Below are positions 1 to 9,209 of a stretch of DNA of 64,000 nt, piece by piece; position 1 is the first letter of the stretch; each line of letters begins with the position of its first letter. The notes beneath the pieces were generated by a model. That model had not been told where the DNA came from. It worked only from the letters and a program-made list of their open reading frames with translations, and made no database searches. Origin of the DNA: an uncultured Candidatus Saccharibacteria bacterium (lineage in GTDB: Bacteria > Patescibacteriota > Saccharimonadia > Saccharimonadales > Saccharimonadaceae). The position numbers were made by a program, and so were the translations under genes. Where the stretch lies: contig CALKQS010000008.1 of assembly GCA_937990725.1 (NCBI GenBank), forward strand, positions 79,217 to 143,216. The letters are read 5' to 3'.

Positions 1-945
1 CTGCGTACTAATAAACTGATTAGCGAGCGGTCACTGCCGGGCAATATCAGCTCGTTCCACTTTAAGCCAAAGGTGTTTTATGACAAAAAATGGACAGCGC
101 AAACGGTACGAGCTCGCGGGCTGTTCATGAATACACTGACGAATGAGATTGTGATTCGTGCCTATGACAAATTCTTCAATATTGGTGAGCGACGAGAAAC
201 TGAATTTGCTGCACTCAAAGATCAACTTATTTTTCCAGTGCGCGCGTGGGTGAAGGAGAATGGTTATCTTGGCTTGGTAGGCTATGATGCAACACTGGGT
301 GACCTCGTCTTTGCGTCGAAAACAACGACGGAGAGTGAATTTGCCGAGTGGTTTCGCCATCTGTTTTTGCAGAGCTATGGCAAGCATGTTGATGTGATTC
401 GTCAGTATCTTGCCGAGCATAATGTATGTTTGGTCTGTGAAGTAATACTCCCGACAGAGGATCCACACATCATTGAGTATGTACAAGACCGGATTGTTTT
501 GCTCGACATAGTGTATCGCCAGGCAAAATTTGCTGCTGTTGACCAAGTTGAGCGTGAGCGATTTGCGGCTATGCTTGGTATGGAAACCAAGCGGCTTGCG
601 GCGACGCTCCAAACGTGGGAGGAGTTTGCGACCTGGTATGAGCAGGTGCAGGGGCTTGACTATTTGTATGACGGTGTACCAATCGAGGGCTTTGTAATAG
701 AGGATGCTCAGCATTGGCAGGTCAAAGCAAAACTCGATTATTATTCATTTTGGAAGCGGATGCGTGGTGTGCTTGATAGACTTAAGGTGGGGCGCAGCCC
801 AAAGCGTGCCGCTGCCTACCCACACCCTGAGTACGCAGCGCGCGTCATTACCTATATGCAGGGCATCCCTATTGACGCATTGGCGCAGATGTCTATTATC
901 GATGTTCGTCGCCGCTTGCAGCGAGAGCAAGAAAAAGTCGTATAG
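1..945 (+). CDS. RNA-ligase-like nucleotidyltransferase domain protein, 5'-partial (resembles the C-terminal ligase domain of Pnkp-type RNA repair enzymes)
   Basis: Frame 1 is open from nt 1 (no stop before the listed ATG at 73), so the gene continues upstream of the window. Motifs ARGLF, YDKFFNIGE and the lysine-containing KENGYLG (candidate adenylylation motif I) are recalled from Pnkp/Rnl-type ligase domains. Assignment is from memory only. Confidence 0.5.
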   Translation: MRTNKLISERSLPGNISSFHFKPKVFYDKKWTAQTVRARGLFMNTLTNEIVIRAYDKFFNIGERRETEFAALKDQLIFPVRAWVKENGYLGLVGYDATLGDLVFASKTTTESEFAEWFRHLFLQSYGKHVDVIRQYLAEHNVCLVCEVILPTEDPHIIEYVQDRIVLLDIVYRQAKFAAVDQVERERFAAMLGMETKRLAATLQTWEEFATWYEQVQGLDYLYDGVPIEGFVIEDAQHWQVKAKLDYYSFWKRMRGVLDRLKVGRSPKRAAAYPHPEYAARVITYMQGIPIDALAQMSIIDVRRRLQREQEKVV

Positions 946-971
946 CCGTATTACTACCTCACCCTTCGCGG

Positions 972-977
972 TATAAT
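972..977 (+). promoter_or_regulatory. -10 box TATAAT, 6 nt upstream of ATG 984 (leaderless-type promoter)
   Basis: TATAAT at 972-977, a 6-nt gap (agaagc), then ATG. No Shine-Dalgarno sequence. Confidence 0.55.
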
Positions 978-983
978 AGAAGC

Positions 984-1976
984 ATGAAAATGATTCGTTG
1001 GTTGGCGAAGCGGTGGCGTCGCATTGTGGTAGTGGCTGGGGTGCTCGTTGGGATGGCTGCACTCCGCCTTGTGTCGGCACAAACAGGGCAGTGGTCGCTG
1101 CCTGATCGATTACAAGACTGGATAACGCTGAGTTTGAGCGTGATGATCGAGGCGTTGCCATTCGTTATGCTGGGGATCTGCATCGCGATTGTAGTGCAAG
1201 TATGGCTGCCGGCCGAGCGCTTACTTGCCTATCTGCCGCAGCAGCCGTTGCTGCGCCGGGCTTGTTTGTCGCTCCTTGGTATTACATTGCCAGTCTGTGA
1301 GTGTGGCAATGTCCCCCTAGCGCGCAGCCTGTTAGCAAAAGGGCTTACACCCAGTGAATCTCTCGTGTTTTTGCTTGCTGCACCAATCCTCAACCCAGTG
1401 ACGATCATCACAACGCAGCAAGCATTCGCTGGTGATGCAACTATACTGTGGGCGCGAGTGCTTGGTGGCTTCGCTATTGCTAATCTTGTTGGCTGGGTCT
1501 ATGCACGCCGCCCAGCAGAGGAGCTATTGACCAGTACTTTTGTTGCTTCGTGCCAGGCAGATCATGTGCAGCAGAGCAAGCGAGTAGCAAGCCTTGCGAT
1601 ATTTCGACGTGAGGTGCAGGCGATGCTGCCAGCCTTGGTAGTTGGTGCAGGGTTAGCGGGTCTTGTGCAAGTGCTGGTGTCGCGCGAGGTATTGGTATCG
1701 CTGGGGAGCCAGCCAGTATGGTCGGTGATTGCAATGGTGGCATTGGCGTTTATCGTCTCAATTTGCTCTAATGTTGATGCGTTCTTTGCTTTGGCATTTC
1801 GCCAGACCTTTATGACCGGGGCACTTGTGAGTTTCTTGACCTTTGGCCCAATGATCGATATCAAGATGCTGAGCTTGCTGCGGACGACGTATCGGCCGAG
1901 TGTACTGCTCCAAGTGAGTGCAATCATTGGGTTGGCATCGGTAACATTGGGGTTGGTGGTAAATTATGCGTTTTAA
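984..1976 (+). CDS. UPF0718/ArsP_1 (YraQ-like) family permease
   Basis: 330-aa polytopic membrane protein. The CECGNVPLARSLL motif is typical of this permease family. It overlaps its usual TIGR03943-type partner gene by 11 nt. Confidence 0.7.
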   Translation: MKMIRWLAKRWRRIVVVAGVLVGMAALRLVSAQTGQWSLPDRLQDWITLSLSVMIEALPFVMLGICIAIVVQVWLPAERLLAYLPQQPLLRRACLSLLGITLPVCECGNVPLARSLLAKGLTPSESLVFLLAAPILNPVTIITTQQAFAGDATILWARVLGGFAIANLVGWVYARRPAEELLTSTFVASCQADHVQQSKRVASLAIFRREVQAMLPALVVGAGLAGLVQVLVSREVLVSLGSQPVWSVIAMVALAFIVSICSNVDAFFALAFRQTFMTGALVSFLTFGPMIDIKMLSLLRTTYRPSVLLQVSAIIGLASVTLGLVVNYAF

Positions 1977-2718
1977 GCTGGTCTTGTCCCGAGTTGCACA
2001 GCAACAAGGTATAATACTCCTTTTTGTCATTGCCGTGGTGACGCTGTGGCTAGCTGCGACTGGTCGTTTGACGCTCTATATTCACCAGCGGTATGTCGTC
2101 TTTACGACCGTCATGGCAGCGGTGGCTCTGGCAATGGCGAGTGTGAGTATTATTGCGCAATCGCGCACCTACCAGCATACACACTTTGCTTGGTGGCGTA
2201 GTATTACCGCGTGTGTGATGATATGCGTGGTCGCAAGTATGGCGCTGCTCGTCCCACCGACAGCACTAACGACAACAACAGCCACACAACGTGGTATCAA
2301 CAAAGGGGCAGTAGCTCAGCTATCTGCAGAGAAGCTATCGCACGCATCTATCTTTGCTCAGCGAGATTATTCGCATCTCACGATCAAAGAATGGGCGGGG
2401 CTACTTGCCCAAACGCATGACAGCGCATTTTATCGTGGCAAGACAGTCAATTTGACGGGGTTCGTTACGCCAGATACAGCGGATTCGCAGATTTTTTATG
2501 TATCGCGATTTGTCGTGACGTGTTGTGCGGTTGATGCGCAGGCGGTTGGCGTACCAGTCTATGCACCTGGGTGGCGTGAGCGCTACCAGCCCAATAGTTG
2601 GGTAACAGTGACAGGCGATTTTGCCGCGCATCCACAGCAACATCGTCAGCAGCCGATTGTTGTTATGCCGCGCTCGATCACGCCAACAACTCAGCCAAAG
2701 GAGCCATATGAATACTAA
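1966..2718 (+). CDS. TIGR03943/DUF1980 family membrane protein (partner of the UPF0718 permease)
   Basis: N-terminal TM helices. The C-terminal part carries the FVVTCCAVDAQ double-Cys motif characteristic of this family. Gene order permease then TIGR03943 is the canonical pairing. Confidence 0.65.
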   Translation: MRFKLVLSRVAQQQGIILLFVIAVVTLWLAATGRLTLYIHQRYVVFTTVMAAVALAMASVSIIAQSRTYQHTHFAWWRSITACVMICVVASMALLVPPTALTTTTATQRGINKGAVAQLSAEKLSHASIFAQRDYSHLTIKEWAGLLAQTHDSAFYRGKTVNLTGFVTPDTADSQIFYVSRFVVTCCAVDAQAVGVPVYAPGWRERYQPNSWVTVTGDFAAHPQQHRQQPIVVMPRSITPTTQPKEPYEY

Positions 2719-4051
2719 AAGCTGGCGGTGGGTGCGCCAGCGATGGCGATTTTTGCTCGCCACGATTGGATTATTAATTACACTGAGTGTGTTCACGGTC
2801 CTGAGTTATCAACAGGGCCCGCGCTTGCGTCATGCAGTGCTGACAGATGACCCGAACACAGGCTACCAGACGCTCCAGCTGGAATTCAATCAGCCAGTCA
2901 AGCCAATAGAACCCCATGCAATACAAATCACACCTCAGGCAGACTTTACAGCTACGACAAACAATGCAACTGTGACGGTTCAGTTTCGGCAGCGTTTGCT
3001 TAGTAACACCCAGTATCGCGTGGTGATTAATCAGGTAGCTAGCACCTATACACAACAGCTCGCGGTATTAGATCATCACTTTGATACGCCACCAGCACAG
3101 CTCTACTATCTCAAGCACCGTGATCTTGCAGAGACAAAAACAGAATTCTACGCAGCACAAGCTACAGATACTATCGTGCAGATGAATCTGGCAACAAAGC
3201 ATGAGAAGACACTTTACCAAGCAGCACAAATTGTCGAATATGCAGTGGTGGGTTCTCGTATTGTTGTCCACGCAATGAATGACACGAAGGCTAGTGAATT
3301 GCATCAGGTTGAAACAAAAACTGGTGTTGTATCACCACTGCCTCTGCCCGGCAAAGGTACAGTGTCTCGCCTGAGAGCGATAGATAATGGAACGGTAGGG
3401 TATCTCTTTGCAAAGGCGGATAGCAAAGACAAGACTAACAATCTTATTGTGCATGATATTGCAGCGCAGCGCCACCACACTATACTTGGCCTTAACAGGC
3501 AGCCTTTACTAGTGTATGATTGGCGCCCAGTATCACGTGGCACAGCAATTGTGGTGCGAACTCGGGGTGAAGACGTACTGCTTGTTGACCCAACTGGAAA
3601 GCACGCTATGCAGCCACTTGGCCAGGCAGCGGCGCTTGGCGATGTATCGTATGATGGCAAAAGCATCATCATGATGAAAACGGGGGAGGGGTATTTTGCA
3701 CTCAACTTAGAAAGTAGCAAAAAATCACCCATTACTCACCAACAAGGAAATGATGCTATATCATTAGCTGCATTTTTACATACTCGCAGTGGCTATAGTA
3801 TGGAGGTAACGAGTGTCAATCAGCGGCACATCCTGCAGCGCCAAACAATACTCACCTACCCAGCCAAACGAGTGATTCATCAGACAACACCGCCGGCATA
3901 TACAACGAACATCACTGTGTCGCCAAATGATCAATATACCGCCATTGAGCAAAAAAGTACTGCTGATAGCTCCACCAAAACGCACATTATCGATAATAAA
4001 ACTGGCCAGACAGTGCACACACTTGATGGCAGGGCAGTAGTTTGGTTATAA
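2708..4051 (+). CDS. membrane-anchored hypothetical protein (beta-rich ectodomain)
   Basis: The ORF track gives 2621..4051. I prefer ATG 2708 (MNTKSWRWVRQRW followed by the TM helix LLATIGLLITLSVFTVL), which overlaps the upstream stop by 11 nt. No family recognised. Confidence 0.5.
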   Translation: MNTKSWRWVRQRWRFLLATIGLLITLSVFTVLSYQQGPRLRHAVLTDDPNTGYQTLQLEFNQPVKPIEPHAIQITPQADFTATTNNATVTVQFRQRLLSNTQYRVVINQVASTYTQQLAVLDHHFDTPPAQLYYLKHRDLAETKTEFYAAQATDTIVQMNLATKHEKTLYQAAQIVEYAVVGSRIVVHAMNDTKASELHQVETKTGVVSPLPLPGKGTVSRLRAIDNGTVGYLFAKADSKDKTNNLIVHDIAAQRHHTILGLNRQPLLVYDWRPVSRGTAIVVRTRGEDVLLVDPTGKHAMQPLGQAAALGDVSYDGKSIIMMKTGEGYFALNLESSKKSPITHQQGNDAISLAAFLHTRSGYSMEVTSVNQRHILQRQTILTYPAKRVIHQTTPPAYTTNITVSPNDQYTAIEQKSTADSSTKTHIIDNKTGQTVHTLDGRAVVWL

Positions 4052-4196
4052 CGGATACTATAAGTAGATAAGACCTGAAGCGACTATAAACTGCATCTTA
4101 AGAGTGGGAACTGTATCTGCGCTGAATCATGAAAAGTATATAATTGGTGTTTGCACAATGTTCCGGTATACTATAAGGGATATAGCGTAAAGGGAG

Positions 4197-4859
4197 ATGA
4201 TGCCAATGCGAATGCGTGACAGACGACCAAGTGATCGCCCACGAGAGAAACTTGCGCGAGATGGAGCGGCTCGCTTGAGTGACCTCGAACTCCTTATGGC
4301 GATTATCGGCAGCGGTAATGCGCAAGCTGACGTTGGCAAAATTGCGCGTTGTGTACTGAAAGCCTTGCGCATGCATGGAGGTGATCTGACTCATGAGGAA
4401 CTCTCCAAGATTACTGGCCTTGGTGCGGCGAAGGTGACCGTGATTCTTGCAAATTTTGAGCTCGCACGGCGCTATCTGCTCAAAAGTGACCAGCCTATTA
4501 TTGATGAGCCGAGCAAAGCAGCAGAGCAGCTCGCCGATATTCGCGACAAACGGCAGGAGCATTTTGTCTGCTTAACGCTTGATGGAGCGCATCGCTTGAT
4601 CGCCAAACGCACAATTACCATTGGTACGCTAACTGCCAGCTTGGTGCACCCACGAGAAGTCTTTACGGACGCAATTGCCGACCGAGCGGCAGGGATCATT
4701 GTGGCGCATAATCACCCCAGTGGGCAGCTCATCGCAAGCCAAGCCGACCGGGAGACGACGCAGCGTCTGGCCGAGGCGGGTAAGCTGCTTGGCATCCAGC
4801 TGCTCGACCACCTTATCGTTACCAAACACGACTATATATCGATCATCAACGAAACATAA
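4197..4859 (+). CDS. radC: RadC-family JAMM/MPN+ protein
   Basis: N-terminal RPREKL...LSDLELLMAIIGSG and the JAMM motif HNHPSG followed by S..D. SD AAGGGAG lies at 4189-4195, so the true start may be ATG 4206 rather than 4197. Confidence 0.85.
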   Translation: MMPMRMRDRRPSDRPREKLARDGAARLSDLELLMAIIGSGNAQADVGKIARCVLKALRMHGGDLTHEELSKITGLGAAKVTVILANFELARRYLLKSDQPIIDEPSKAAEQLADIRDKRQEHFVCLTLDGAHRLIAKRTITIGTLTASLVHPREVFTDAIADRAAGIIVAHNHPSGQLIASQADRETTQRLAEAGKLLGIQLLDHLIVTKHDYISIINET

Positions 4860-4870
4860 GGAATGACCTG

Positions 4871-4897
4871 TTAGCACTCTTGCAATTAGAGTGCTAA
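4871..4897. promoter_or_regulatory. CIRCE operator (HrcA binding site)
   Basis: TTAGCACTC-ttgcaatta-GAGTGCTAA is a perfect match to the CIRCE consensus TTAGCACTC-N9-GAGTGCTAA. It sits 21 nt upstream of the dnaJ ATG. Confidence 0.9.
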
Positions 4898-4908
4898 TTG
4901 GCTATACT
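4880..4908 (+). promoter_or_regulatory. dnaJ promoter (-35 TTGCAA / 17 nt / -10 TATACT) overlapping CIRCE
   Basis: TTGCAA at 4880-4885 lies inside the CIRCE spacer. A 17-nt spacer follows, then TATACT at 4903-4908. ATG is 9 nt downstream. Confidence 0.6.
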
Positions 4909-4917
4909 AAGACAGAT

Positions 4918-6036
4918 ATGGCGAAGCGAGATTATTATGAGGTGCTTGGTGTTGCCAAAAGCGCCAGCGATGATGACATCAAGCGGGCATTCCGCAAATT
5001 GGCAGTGAAGTACCACCCAGATAAAGCGGGTGGGAATGAAGAGAAATTCAAAGAAATTAATGAAGCGTATGAGGTCCTGAAGGACAAGCAAAAGCGCCAG
5101 CGGTATGACCAATTTGGCCATGCAGGCGTTGGTGGTGCCAGCGGTAGTGGTGGCGGTAACCCATTCGCTGGTTTTGGCGACTTTGGCCAGGGGCAGAATA
5201 TCCACTTTGATTTTGGTGATGGTGGCTTGGGAGATATCTTTGGCCAGTTCTTTGGTGGCGCTGCTGGTGGCAGTGCAAGCCAAGGTCCGTCGCGCGGTCG
5301 TGATGTTGAGACGAGTGTAACGCTCGAATTTGAAGAAGCGATCTTTGGTAAAGAAGTTGCCCTTGCACTAACGCTTGATGACGAATGCGAGCATTGTCAC
5401 GGTAGTACCGTCGAACCCGGCTCAAACCTTAAGAGCTGTCCAGATTGTAAAGGCACTGGCCAACGTGTGCGGACGATGAACACAATGTTTGGCCCCATTC
5501 AGCAGGCGGTAACGTGTGAGACGTGCCAAGGCCGGGGACAGATTCCTGAGAAGGCCTGTACAGTCTGCCAAGGTAGCGGTGTACAGCGCCGCGAGCAAAC
5601 GATTACCGTCAAGATTCCCGCTGGTATCGATAATGGCTCGACGATTCGTCTCCGTGGTCGTGGCGAAGCTGTAGGTGGTGGCAGTAAGGGTGATCTCTAT
5701 GTGCAGGTGCGGGTCAATCCACACAAGACGTTTAGCCGCGAAGGTGATGTAATCTTGAGTGAAGAGCATATTGGTATGGCAGATGCAGCGCTCGGTGCCG
5801 AGCTCGACGTTAAGACGGTCGATGGGACGATTACAATGAAGGTGCCAGCTGGTACGCAATCGGGCACCGACTTCAAGCTATCTGGCCATGGCGTGCCGCA
5901 CATGCGAAGCGACAAGCGTGGTCCCCATATTGTGACAGTAGTGGTCGACACCCCAACTAAACTAAACCGCCGCCAGAAGGAAATCCTCCGCGAGTTTAAT
6001 GACACATTAGGGCGGAAGGGGATATTTGGGTTGTAA
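4918..6036 (+). CDS. dnaJ: molecular chaperone DnaJ
   Basis: [13 protein letters not shown]-domain HPD motif, G/F-rich linker, four CxxCxGxG zinc-finger repeats ([32 protein letters not shown]). Start moved from the TTG at 4891 to ATG 4918. Confidence 0.95.
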   Translation: MAKRDYYEVLGVAKSASDDDIKRAFRKLAVKYHPDKAGGNEEKFKEINEAYEVLKDKQKRQRYDQFGHAGVGGASGSGGGNPFAGFGDFGQGQNIHFDFGDGGLGDIFGQFFGGAAGGSASQGPSRGRDVETSVTLEFEEAIFGKEVALALTLDDECEHCHGSTVEPGSNLKSCPDCKGTGQRVRTMNTMFGPIQQAVTCETCQGRGQIPEKACTVCQGSGVQRREQTITVKIPAGIDNGSTIRLRGRGEAVGGGSKGDLYVQVRVNPHKTFSREGDVILSEEHIGMADAALGAELDVKTVDGTITMKVPAGTQSGTDFKLSGHGVPHMRSDKRGPHIVTVVVDTPTKLNRRQKEILREFNDTLGRKGIFGL

Positions 6037-6232
6037 CTCCAGGTAGGTACTGGTGTAGAATTAAACTACTTGTGGTGAAGGGTTTGATTCTAACCTGTTT
6101 GCTGGGTGGTGTAACTTTGCTAGATCATTTCAAAATTCGATAATGGAAACGTGGCTTTGCTCACAGTGCTCTGCAAATATAAGAGAAAGAGTCTTGATTT
6201 ATACGGTGGTTTATTGCTAAAATAGCCTCACT

Positions 6233-7813
6233 ATGATGACGAGCCATACTCTCGAGGATAGACCACTTCCATCTCATGATATGCAGGCGAAAGAAGCTCG
6301 GCGTAGCCAGAATAGCTCCGTCGATATAGATCCTGAAGTGTTCCGAGGAAAGTACCAGGAGCTTGTCGAGCGATCACCGAAAGTCATTGAATCACTTGTT
6401 CCCGATCAAGAAAGCAAAGAAGCGGCAATTGACAGTCTAATTACAGGTAGTGCCACGTCTTTTCAACAAAAGTATCCAGTCATTGCGGAGTATTCCGACG
6501 AAGATTATACAACCATACAAGATACTACAGAAGCGCTGATATCTATGGCCGAGTCTATGTCAGAGCCAGAGAGGACAGTCTATCTCCAGGCGATTGAGGC
6601 TCGCAAGCAAGAGGCGAACTTGATAGTAGCGATGAGGGATTATAAAGCAGCAACAGACCCAATAGCAAGAGAAGCAGTAGCACAGCGTTTTATGGAGATA
6701 AATATTACGCTCTATGGTGAGCCAGATAAGACAACATATGAGTCATTACTCGGCGAAAAAATTGCCAACATCTTTCATAAAAAGCGTAGTCAAAGCGCTG
6801 AGATAATCTTTCAGGAGCTTCGGAATCTTCTTCCAGAAAATGTACTAGATGGTACACGTGTACAAGATCGATTTCGTCCATCTACTGAGACCATGAGATG
6901 GATGAACGAAGTTGTTCATGGATTGTATGATAATATGCTTCGACATGTTGATAGCTATGTAGAAGCGCATAAATCGGAGCTTCAAATAGAATCACACGAT
7001 GAGACGGTTATAAAAATCCAGCCGACACACCTTCAAGATATCTTTCGGAATATCTTGACTGAGGAATTCCTTGCGTCATCCAAAGAGCCTGAAGAAAGTA
7101 GCCAGACAGGTGATATACAACAGGATGCACAAGCTGCGACAGACTGGGATAATACCGAGACGAGAAGTGCTGAGAAAGATACGGATTGGAAGATTGAGGT
7201 GACAGAGGCAAAATCAATCAATGTTGATCCAGACACAAGACATATCAGAATACCCCAAGACCGAGAAGCTATGTCTGTTAATGAAGTAAAACGACTAGTT
7301 GTGCACGAAATAGGTGTGCATGTCTTAACGCGAATGACTGGTGGTTCGACAAACCTTGAGCCGCTCGCACAGGGCTTAGCTGGTTTTAATGATACGCAAG
7401 AAGGGCTTGGGAAAGCAATGGAACACGCCCTTGAAGGAGAATATCAAGAAGCTGGTATAGATCACTATATTACTGCTGGGCTTGCCTATTTTGACAACAA
7501 GGACTTCAAAGATGCTTATGATGTGAAGTGGCGTCTCAAACTTCTCGAGAGCCTCAAGCCTGATCAAATACCAACACAAGCACAGATTGACAAAGCCAAG
7601 CAATGGGCAGCAAATACAACAATGCGTATCTACCGGGGTACTGATGACTTGCCACTATTTAAGGATCTCTGCTATTACAATGGGTCAAAAGAAGTATGGG
7701 AGTATCTAGAGAAAATTTGTGGTGATGATTTGCAGCTGAGTTTGTTGCTGGCTGGTAAAATTAATACCTCAAAGAAGCACCAGAGAGTCATACTTGAATC
7801 ACATAGTACTTAA
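6233..7813 (+). CDS. DUF1704 family metallopeptidase (QEGLA-motif protein; MATCAP-like carboxypeptidase fold)
   Basis: HExxH motif HEIGVH followed by NDTQEGLGKAMEHALEG (the family-defining QEGLA-type motif) and the downstream RIYRG...FKDLCYYNG. TAAAAT -10-like box 9 nt upstream of ATG. Confidence 0.75.
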   Translation: MMTSHTLEDRPLPSHDMQAKEARRSQNSSVDIDPEVFRGKYQELVERSPKVIESLVPDQESKEAAIDSLITGSATSFQQKYPVIAEYSDEDYTTIQDTTEALISMAESMSEPERTVYLQAIEARKQEANLIVAMRDYKAATDPIAREAVAQRFMEINITLYGEPDKTTYESLLGEKIANIFHKKRSQSAEIIFQELRNLLPENVLDGTRVQDRFRPSTETMRWMNEVVHGLYDNMLRHVDSYVEAHKSELQIESHDETVIKIQPTHLQDIFRNILTEEFLASSKEPEESSQTGDIQQDAQAATDWDNTETRSAEKDTDWKIEVTEAKSINVDPDTRHIRIPQDREAMSVNEVKRLVVHEIGVHVLTRMTGGSTNLEPLAQGLAGFNDTQEGLGKAMEHALEGEYQEAGIDHYITAGLAYFDNKDFKDAYDVKWRLKLLESLKPDQIPTQAQIDKAKQWAANTTMRIYRGTDDLPLFKDLCYYNGSKEVWEYLEKICGDDLQLSLLLAGKINTSKKHQRVILESHST

Positions 7814-7827
7814 ACTAAATACAAGCA

Positions 7828-9195
7828 ATGAAAGTTCAATACGATAAAAGTTTAAAGATAGCAGGCGTTAGTATACAGCCATGGGCAAGAATTGGGCCTG
7901 AGCAGTGGTTTGATAATTACAAAATTGCTTCACTAGCTGGCTGGAATATGCGCAGTCAGAATGTAGAGCACATGAATAGTCTCGCTTATGTGCGCGATCA
8001 GTGCGAGAGACCTTATACAGGTGAACTAACTACACAGGCTCTTTTGCAAGACCCAATATTCCAAGATATGGTAATAACTCATTTGCCCGAGTATCATATT
8101 TTTACGTATAAACCTTTTGTAATTCCTGAGCGATTAAAACAAAGCAGTTTGCAATTTTTGCCTAGAAACGATATGTACGCGTTGGCTCAGAAGTTTGAGA
8201 ATAAATCGTGGTTTCGGCGTATTTTTGCAGAGCGTCTTTGCAGCATTCCATCACATAAAATATACCCTTGGCGAGAAATGTTATCGGATGAGGAATATTT
8301 TTCTAATCTCTGTGATGGACGCAGTAAGATTGTTTTGCAAGATGCTGCACTTGGTGGAGGGAAGGGGTCGTTTATTGTCGATAGCTTCGAGTCGTTCTGT
8401 TCTGCAATAAATACAATGCAAAATAGCAATGGTTTGGTTGGTGAGGTAGTTGTATCAGACTATATTGCTGATGGCCGTGATTGGTCGGTGCAGGGCGTTG
8501 TAACGCGCTACGGGGTCTTCATAGGGCCAGTGCAGCGGCAGATTATTGCAGACCCGAATTTATCAAATACAAGCATTCCTGGTACTGAGAAGTTTTGCGG
8601 TATTGAAATATTAGCAGATGATCAACACACGTGGCAGAGTAGTCAGCTAACGAAAAATGCACGCGTTATAGGCCAGGAATTATACGATAGAGGATATCGT
8701 GGTATTTTTGGTGTTGATTCTTTGGTGACGGATGATACAGTGTATACTATCGAAGTTAATGCACGCATTACGGGCGCTACACCGCTTCTTACAATGAGCT
8801 ATAATGCAAAGAAGCATATCCCCTTCTATCTTCTTCATATCTTAGAGTTAACGAATGCCAATTATATTATTGAGGATAATTCATACAGTAATGACTATAA
8901 TGATTGCGCGCTAATGGTGCTTCATCAACGAGACAGTGAGACAGGCATCGCCGACAGTCCTCGGTCGGGATTATATAATGAAAAGATGCAAATCATAGGC
9001 GATATAATGTCATTCGATAGGTCTTCTTCTGCAAAACAGGTTTTTGTACAGGATTATACAAGGAGCGAGAGGTCTATTGCGCGAGGGTCTCGATTGGCGT
9101 CTATATTTACTAATTTTCGTGTTATGGATGAAGAGGGTGTGCTTATGAGAGAATCAAGAAATATTATTGATATAATTGAAAATAGTTCGAAGTAA
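7828..9195 (+). CDS. ATP-grasp domain protein (amino-acid/peptide ligase-like), unknown specificity
   Basis: Glycine-rich loop DAALGGGKGSFIV, central WSVQGVV...GPVQRQI, and C-terminal GIFGVDSLV...YTIEVNARITGATP (the E-x-N Mg/ATP motif of ATP-grasp enzymes). 14 nt after the DUF1704 gene. Confidence 0.6.
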   Translation: MKVQYDKSLKIAGVSIQPWARIGPEQWFDNYKIASLAGWNMRSQNVEHMNSLAYVRDQCERPYTGELTTQALLQDPIFQDMVITHLPEYHIFTYKPFVIPERLKQSSLQFLPRNDMYALAQKFENKSWFRRIFAERLCSIPSHKIYPWREMLSDEEYFSNLCDGRSKIVLQDAALGGGKGSFIVDSFESFCSAINTMQNSNGLVGEVVVSDYIADGRDWSVQGVVTRYGVFIGPVQRQIIADPNLSNTSIPGTEKFCGIEILADDQHTWQSSQLTKNARVIGQELYDRGYRGIFGVDSLVTDDTVYTIEVNARITGATPLLTMSYNAKKHIPFYLLHILELTNANYIIEDNSYSNDYNDCALMVLHQRDSETGIADSPRSGLYNEKMQIIGDIMSFDRSSSAKQVFVQDYTRSERSIARGSRLASIFTNFRVMDEEGVLMRESRNIIDIIENSSK

Positions 9196-9209
9196 ATAAA
9201 TGTATCGCT

